Below, one piece after another: positions 41,038 through 46,072 of a DNA stretch of 46,072 nt; positions within the stretch are counted from its first letter, which is position 1, and every line of letters starts with the position of its first letter. The translations under genes and the position numbers were made by a program. The stretch covers positions 1 through 46,072 of the forward strand of contig JASHTB010000122.1 of NCBI GenBank assembly GCA_030040775.1, given 5' to 3'. Source of the stretch: Thermoplasmata archaeon. Lineage in GTDB: Archaea; Thermoplasmatota; Thermoplasmata; Lutacidiplasmatales; UBA184. The notes beneath the pieces are model-generated. The model ran no database searches, was not told where the DNA came from, and was given only the letters and a program-made list of their open reading frames with translations.

Positions 41038-42606
41038 TCAGTGGCGAAAGACCCGCCAACCGGTGAGGTACATCGCGATCTTGGCCTGTTCTGCGGTCGC
41101 GATCACTTCGGGGTCGCGCAGGCTCCCGCCCGGCTGGACGATCGCTCGGACCCCCGCCTTCGCCGCCACCTCGACCCCGTCGGAGAACGGAAAGAAGGCG
41201 TCCGAGGCGAGCACCGCTCCGCGGGCGCGTTCGCCCGCGACCTCGCAGGCGAGCTCCACCGCCTTCACTCGCGTCGGTTGGCCCGAGCCGACCCCGACCG
41301 TTTCGGACCCCTGGGACAGCACGATCGCGTTCGACTTCGCGTGGCGCACGACCTTCCAGGCGAACTCGAGCGAGGCGAGCTCCTCCGCGCTCGCCCCCCT
41401 CGAGGTCACCAGGCGAAGCTCGGAGGGGAGAAGCGCCCTTCGGTCGGACTCCTGGACGAGGAGCCGGCCGAGGGCGCTCTTCGCGTCCCAGCGGGATTGC
41501 TCGCGAGACGGGGGAGCGGTGCGGACGAGCTTGATCTTCGGCCGGTGTCCGAGCGGCTCGAGCGACGCGGGTTCGAACTCGGGCGCGACCAGGAGGTCGA
41601 CGAAGACCCCCTTGAGGGCCGCCGGGTCGGCCGGACCGAACGAGCGGTTGACCGCGACCACGCAGCCGTAGCGGGCGACCGGGTCGGTCGCGATGGCACG
41701 CTCGAGGGCCTTCGCGAGCGTCGGGGCCGAGGCGACCCCACAGGGCGTCGCGTGCTTCACCACGGCCGCCGCGGGCTCGGAGAACTCCGCGACGAGACCG
41801 AGGGCGGTGTCGAGGTCGAGCAGGTTCGTGAACGAGAGGGTCTCGCCCTTCACGACCGCGAACGGGGCCGGTGTGAACCCCGCTCCCGCCGGGCTCACCG
41901 CCGCATACGTCGCCGCACTCTGGTGCGGGTTCTCCCCGTAGCGAAGCTTGAGCGGCTCTCGGCGAAAGACGATCTCTTCCGGGAACTTCTCCGCCCGGCC
42001 GGTGCGTAGGCCGAGGCCGCGGGCGATCGCCGCGTCGTACTCGGTGCACCGCTCGAACGCTCGGACCGCGAGGCGCTGCCGGGTCGCGGCCGAGACGGTG
42101 CCTCCGTTCCCCCGCAGCTCCTCCAATAGCGGGGAGTACTCGGCCGGCTCGGTCACGACCGTCACCCACTCGTGGTTCTTCGCCGCGGCCCGCACGAGCG
42201 TGACCCCCCCGATGTCGATGTACTCCTCCCGGTCCCGTGCGTCGGGGTGCTCGGCCAGGTGCTTCTCGAACGGGTAGAAGTTCACGACCACGAGGTCGAA
42301 CGGAAGGAGCCGCCGCTCAGAGAGCTCTCGAAGACCGGCCTCGGTCCGGGGGGCAAGAACGCCGCCGAGAACCCCGGGATGCAGGGTCTTGACCCGGCCT
42401 CCGAACCACGCGGCGACCCCGGTGAGCTCTTCGACCGGCCGGACCGCGACCTGGCCCTCCACGAGCAGTCGGCGGGTGCCGCTGGTCGCCCAGAGCTCGA
42501 CGCCGAGAGCCGACAGGCCGCGCGCGAGGCCGGGGAGCCCGGATTTATCGTCGACCGAGAGCAGCGCCCGCTCTATCCGGGTCGACGAACCCTCGCTGGA
42601 CGCCAC
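41038..42606 (-). CDS. purH: Bifunctional AICAR transformylase / IMP cyclohydrolase
   Basis: RALLSVDDKSGL...ELWATSGT (MGS-like IMPCH domain), VKTLHPGVLGG, LVVVNFYPF, AAKNH and the C-terminal FFPFSDGV...GGSLRD are present. Confidence 0.95.
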   Translation of the reverse strand: MASSEGSSTRIERALLSVDDKSGLPGLARGLSALGVELWATSGTRRLLVEGQVAVRPVEELTGVAAWFGGRVKTLHPGVLGGVLAPRTEAGLRELSERRLLPFDLVVVNFYPFEKHLAEHPDARDREEYIDIGGVTLVRAAAKNHEWVTVVTEPAEYSPLLEELRGNGGTVSAATRQRLAVRAFERCTEYDAAIARGLGLRTGRAEKFPEEIVFRREPLKLRYGENPHQSAATYAAVSPAGAGFTPAPFAVVKGETLSFTNLLDLDTALGLVAEFSEPAAAVVKHATPCGVASAPTLAKALERAIATDPVARYGCVVAVNRSFGPADPAALKGVFVDLLVAPEFEPASLEPLGHRPKIKLVRTAPPSREQSRWDAKSALGRLLVQESDRRALLPSELRLVTSRGASAEELASLEFAWKVVRHAKSNAIVLSQGSETVGVGSGQPTRVKAVELACEVAGERARGAVLASDAFFPFSDGVEVAAKAGVRAIVQPGGSLRDPEVIATAEQAKIAMYLTGWRVFRH

Positions 42607-42908
42607 GCGCCCGTACCCCCGACCGGGAGGGAGGGGGAGAGATAAGATTCGCGGAGCCCGGGAACGGAAACTTTCGAGAGAACCCGTCGCCGCTCAGGGG
42701 GCGAGAGACCATACGCATAAATACGGCGGTCCGGCCTAGTTGTTTCTCACCTACGAGGTCGATGTCTCGCGAACACGTCCCGCCCTCGTCCGTGGTGAGG
42801 GGGGCCCGCCGAATTCGCGTCGCGCGAAACCCCATGGCGCGGCCGGTCCGCCTCGGGATTCACGGTGCATGGGAGCGAGGTGTGAACGCTTCGCATCGGC
42901 CGAACGGG

Positions 42909-44546
42909 ATGGCCCCCGTCCACCGTCCGCGGCGCTGGCGTCGGGGGGGCCGTCGGGCGCAGGTAGCACCGGTCGCGACGATTCTGGGACTCCTGTTGGT
43001 CGTGACGTTTATCGCGAACTACCTGACGACGACCCTGCCCGGACAGATGTCGGCGAACGACCTCAACCACGAGACCCAGGTCGAGAACCAAATCGGAACT
43101 CTATCGGCCCTTCTCACGGCGGTGTCGCTCAGAGATATTCAGGGCGCCGAGGTCTCCCAGACGATCACCCTGGGAACGAGTGCGACCCCGCCCTTTGCCG
43201 GCTCGGACTCCTCCACGCTGTCCCGGGGAAACATGAGCGGCCGGTTCACGGTTAACTTCCCCGAGCTGCAGCCTCTTGCGTACAATCCTCCGAATGCTGG
43301 ACCGGAGACCGGTGACACGCACTACGGTACCTGTGCCCCTGGACCACCGGCCACCAGCGTCACCTGCTCGAGCCCCTATGTTATCCTGTGGAATTACACG
43401 GGGGCCCTAGCGAATCAGGCTTCGTACATGTTCTCAATTTCCGGGTCGGGCCTGGTCCAAGTCCACATCATCGCGAACGGCTCCACCATCCAGATTACCG
43501 GGAGCTCGACCGCGACGATCAACCTCCTCGTGGAGGGGAACAACAACGGGATTACGGTCGTCACCTCGAGCGTTCCCGAGAACATCACGATCATCGGGAA
43601 CGGCAACACGCTCACATTCACCGGGAGTGCCAGCGGTCCCGAGAAGGTCCTGATCGTCGGGAACTCCGACACGGTCTCGAACCCCTCCGTCAGCTCGTCC
43701 ACGGAGATCGTGTCGTTCTACGGGTCGTACGATGCGTTCAATCCGGGGACCGTGTCGAGTTCCACCTACTCGGTTTACTTCAACGGGTTCAATCCCTCAT
43801 CCCCCACGGCGACGTGTCCGGTCGATAATCTCTCCCAGTCGGACTCGGTCCGAGCGCCGGTCGGTTCCTCTTCGACGCTGAAGGTCAACTACAACAACAC
43901 CGTCTACACGGGAAGCGGCACGGGGACGAACGGAACGGGAGTCCAGTGGGGGATCACCTACAAGATCCCGTCGCCCTTGAACTCGTGCCCGTTCTACTCC
44001 CAGCTCACCCAGACCGTCGCGAACACCGGCATGAGCGGGGCCTCGCTCCTTCTCTACGCGGCGAACACGTACGCCGCCGCGGCCGACATCGCCTACGACC
44101 AGGGAGCGGTCGTGTTCGCGGAACCCGGTGGATTACCGATCCTGGTCGACCCTCCGAAGATCTCGTTCGCGAACGGTTCCCTCTCTGTCTGGGTGCCGTC
44201 GTTCCAAACGCTTCAAGGCTTCGTACCGGCGGAAGCGGGCACCGGCGCGGCGGCCGTGTACGCCCGTCTCCTCTCGCTGAACTCGATCTCCCTTCCCACC
44301 GGCAACTTCTCCGTCCCGAGCGGGTCGACGGTCACGCTCACGGTCGTCACGCCGTTCCCCGCCGCATGGATCGCGTTCTTCAACTCGATCCACAGCCTCT
44401 ATGGTCTCGCCACCTGCTCGGGGGTGAGGAGCGTCTGCTCGGCCAACTTCCAGCCGGGCGGTCCGGCCGCCACCGTGTCGATCGCGATTCCGGGCGTGAG
44501 CTCAATCACGGTCAGGTACGCGACGTTCTCGGTCTCGTTCGACTAG
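42909..44546 (+). CDS. Large surface protein with an archaeal type IV pilin-like (class III) signal peptide
   Basis: MAPVHRPRRWRRGGRRA-QVAPVATILGLLLVVTFIANYL is a basic leader followed by a hydrophobic helix, resembling the archaeal pilin N-terminal domain. The N/S/T/Y-rich body has about ten N-x-S/T sequons. The ORF extends upstream to 42762, and the start was chosen to give a short leader. Confidence 0.65.
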   Translation: MAPVHRPRRWRRGGRRAQVAPVATILGLLLVVTFIANYLTTTLPGQMSANDLNHETQVENQIGTLSALLTAVSLRDIQGAEVSQTITLGTSATPPFAGSDSSTLSRGNMSGRFTVNFPELQPLAYNPPNAGPETGDTHYGTCAPGPPATSVTCSSPYVILWNYTGALANQASYMFSISGSGLVQVHIIANGSTIQITGSSTATINLLVEGNNNGITVVTSSVPENITIIGNGNTLTFTGSASGPEKVLIVGNSDTVSNPSVSSSTEIVSFYGSYDAFNPGTVSSSTYSVYFNGFNPSSPTATCPVDNLSQSDSVRAPVGSSSTLKVNYNNTVYTGSGTGTNGTGVQWGITYKIPSPLNSCPFYSQLTQTVANTGMSGASLLLYAANTYAAAADIAYDQGAVVFAEPGGLPILVDPPKISFANGSLSVWVPSFQTLQGFVPAEAGTGAAAVYARLLSLNSISLPTGNFSVPSGSTVTLTVVTPFPAAWIAFFNSIHSLYGLATCSGVRSVCSANFQPGGPAATVSIAIPGVSSITVRYATFSVSFD

Positions 44547-44908
44547 GTCGACCGACGCGCCGCGTTTCCCTCTCGCTTCCGTAGCCAGGCCTTGGCGCCG
44601 ACCAGTGTGCCCCACGTGCGTCGGGTCGTCGCCCGTGACCTCTCCCCCGGCGGGCCGGGCTCGGCGAACGCAGCCCGGACCGCCGCGGTCTCGAGGTGAC
44701 CGACCTCGATGACCGCCCGTCGCCCGTCGGTGCGGATCAATCGAAACTCAAGCCGTTCGAGCCCCGAGCGGTCGAGGTGTTCCCTGAGAAGGTTCTCCCA
44801 CTCGCGAGAGGAAGACGGAAACGGTTCCCCCACCACCTCGAGACCGAGGTAGCGGGGACGTGCCGAGCGGTGCCTACCGGACGAGGTCGATGACTTCCTC
44901 GGACTCAC
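44543..44908 (-). CDS. rnp2: RNase P protein component 2 (Pop5/Rpp14 family)
   Basis: RPRYLGLEVVGEP..., GRRAVIEVGHLETAAVRAA and TTRRTWGTLVGAKAWL follow the Pop5 pattern. The GTG start at 44908 overlaps the ftsZ 3-prime end by 35 nt. Confidence 0.7.
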   Translation of the reverse strand: MSPRKSSTSSGRHRSARPRYLGLEVVGEPFPSSSREWENLLREHLDRSGLERLEFRLIRTDGRRAVIEVGHLETAAVRAAFAEPGPPGERSRATTRRTWGTLVGAKAWLRKREGNAARRST

Positions 44909-46007
44909 CGGCCGCGTAGCCTCCCTTCTGGCCGAGGAGGCTCTGCGCGCGGACCCCCGTGATGATCAGGAGCACCTTGATCGTGTTCTCGATCTCGGGG
45001 GAGTTCTCGACGGAGCAGCCCCAGATGATGCGGGCCCGCTTCGAGATCTTGCTGCCGACCAGCGCCGCGGCCTTCTCCGCCTCGCTCACCGTCATGGTCG
45101 GTCCGCCGATGACGCGGACGAGCGCACCGGTGGCGTCCTTGAGCTCGACCGAACCGAGGAGCGGCGAGGTGAGCGCTTCCGTGACCGCCTCGGTGACGCG
45201 GTCGGTGGCGCTCTCGCTCTCGCCGAGGCCGATGAGCGCGACCCCTCCGTCCTTCATGACGGTCAGGATGTCGGCGTAGTCGAGGTTGACGAGACCGGGC
45301 TTCGTCACGATCTCGGTGATCCCCTTGATCGCCGTCATCAGGACCGCGTCCGCGAGCTTGAACGCGGAGTCGAGCGGCATGCGGGGGACGAGCTCGAGGA
45401 GCTTGTCGTTCTGGATGACGATCGTCGTGTCGCAGACCCGACGCAGGCGTTCGAGGCCGTCTCGGGCCTGCTCCATGCGGGCCGCGCCCTCTCCGGCGAA
45501 CGGCAGCGTGACCACGCCCATCGTGAGCGCGCCCGCCTCCTTCGCGATGCGGGCGACCAGGTGGGCGGAGCCGGTACCGGTCCCGCCTCCCATCCCCGCG
45601 GTCACGAACACGATGTGCGAGCCCAGGACGAACTGGCGGAGTTCCTCTTCGTTCTCCCGCGCTGCCTCCTCCCCGATCTCGGGGCGGGCGCCGGCGCCGA
45701 GCCCCTTCGTGGCCCGGCGGCCGATCAGGATCTTCCTCGGAGCGTGGATCGTGAGAAGGTGCTTCGCGTCGGTGTTGATGGCGCACATCTCGGCGCCCTG
45801 AATTCCCTCCTCCACGCAGCGGTTGATCGTGTTCGAGCCGCCGCCGCCGCAGCCGATGATGCGGATGTTGACCTTGAGCGTCTCCGCGAGCTTTGCGAGC
45901 TCCGCGTCGTCGGGGTTCGCAAAGGCGGGCGCGGCCGGCTTCTTCTCTTCGACCAGGGCCTGGTTCTCCTGGTGCTTCGCGATCGCTTCCTGGATGATGG
46001 ACTTCAT
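44874..46007 (-). CDS. ftsZ: Cell division protein FtsZ
   Basis: IIGCGGGGSNTINR, VTAGMGGGTGTGSAHLVA (tubulin GGGTGTG signature) and TLPFAGEG are present. GAGG SD lies about 8 nt upstream of ATG 46007. Confidence 0.95.
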   Translation of the reverse strand: MKSIIQEAIAKHQENQALVEEKKPAAPAFANPDDAELAKLAETLKVNIRIIGCGGGGSNTINRCVEEGIQGAEMCAINTDAKHLLTIHAPRKILIGRRATKGLGAGARPEIGEEAARENEEELRQFVLGSHIVFVTAGMGGGTGTGSAHLVARIAKEAGALTMGVVTLPFAGEGAARMEQARDGLERLRRVCDTTIVIQNDKLLELVPRMPLDSAFKLADAVLMTAIKGITEIVTKPGLVNLDYADILTVMKDGGVALIGLGESESATDRVTEAVTEALTSPLLGSVELKDATGALVRVIGGPTMTVSEAEKAAALVGSKISKRARIIWGCSVENSPEIENTIKVLLIITGVRAQSLLGQKGGYAAGESEEVIDLVR

Positions 46008-46072
46008 CGGTGCTTCCTCGCTTCCGTTTGTCAGACGAGCGTCATACGCTCCGAGGTAGCACTCTTGAGGTT

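Noticed and set aside
1-46072. A search by eye for integrases, transposases, terminal inverted repeats of IS elements, prophage genes, rRNA and tRNA genes.
   Set aside because: None was found. The only inverted repeats seen (28-91, 551-575, 41005-41025 and short promoter palindromes) do not bracket any gene set.

Overview
This is a visibly high-GC, very gene-dense archaeal chromosomal segment. By eye it holds about 48 protein genes and one SRP (7S) RNA. I saw no rRNA, tRNA, CRISPR array, transposase or integrase. The archaeal assignment rests on the L7Ae-S28e-L24e(-NDK) ribosomal cluster, RadA, an archaeal-type TyrRS, the RNase P Pop5 subunit, a type-2 MetAP and a ~311-nt SRP RNA. It also rests on AT-rich TATA-like boxes about 25-35 nt upstream of many start codons, which suggests mostly leaderless mRNAs. 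Housekeeping genes are glyA, tyrS, ndk, tsaC, map, a split MetE-like pair, malic enzyme, purC, purH, radA, mutY, thioredoxin and ftsZ. Accessory content includes a tungstate/molybdate-type ABC transporter with a ModE-like regulator, a Ni-superoxide dismutase with its maturation protease, hutH, two large glycoprotein-like surface proteins (one with a pilin-type signal peptide), and several methyltransferases and acetyltransferases. The most unusual items are these. (1) At 640-3527, a small ORF is translationally coupled to a soluble TraG/VirD4-HerA-type P-loop ATPase fused to a wHTH-like segment and a restriction-endonuclease-like tail; I cannot assign it to any named system. (2) At 15667-16445, a Cas4-like Fe-S nuclease is split into two overlapping ORFs, each with a transmembrane helix, and sits in a 2.4-kb insertion inside the conserved L24e-NDK linkage. 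(3) At 10917-13187 there is an HhH + long coiled-coil + deviant KaiC/RecA-like protein. (4) The catalytic MetE-like gene carries an in-frame TAG. (5) L24e carries a ~100-aa low-complexity tail. All functional calls come from motif recognition by eye. No database search or folding program was run, and start codons are best guesses.
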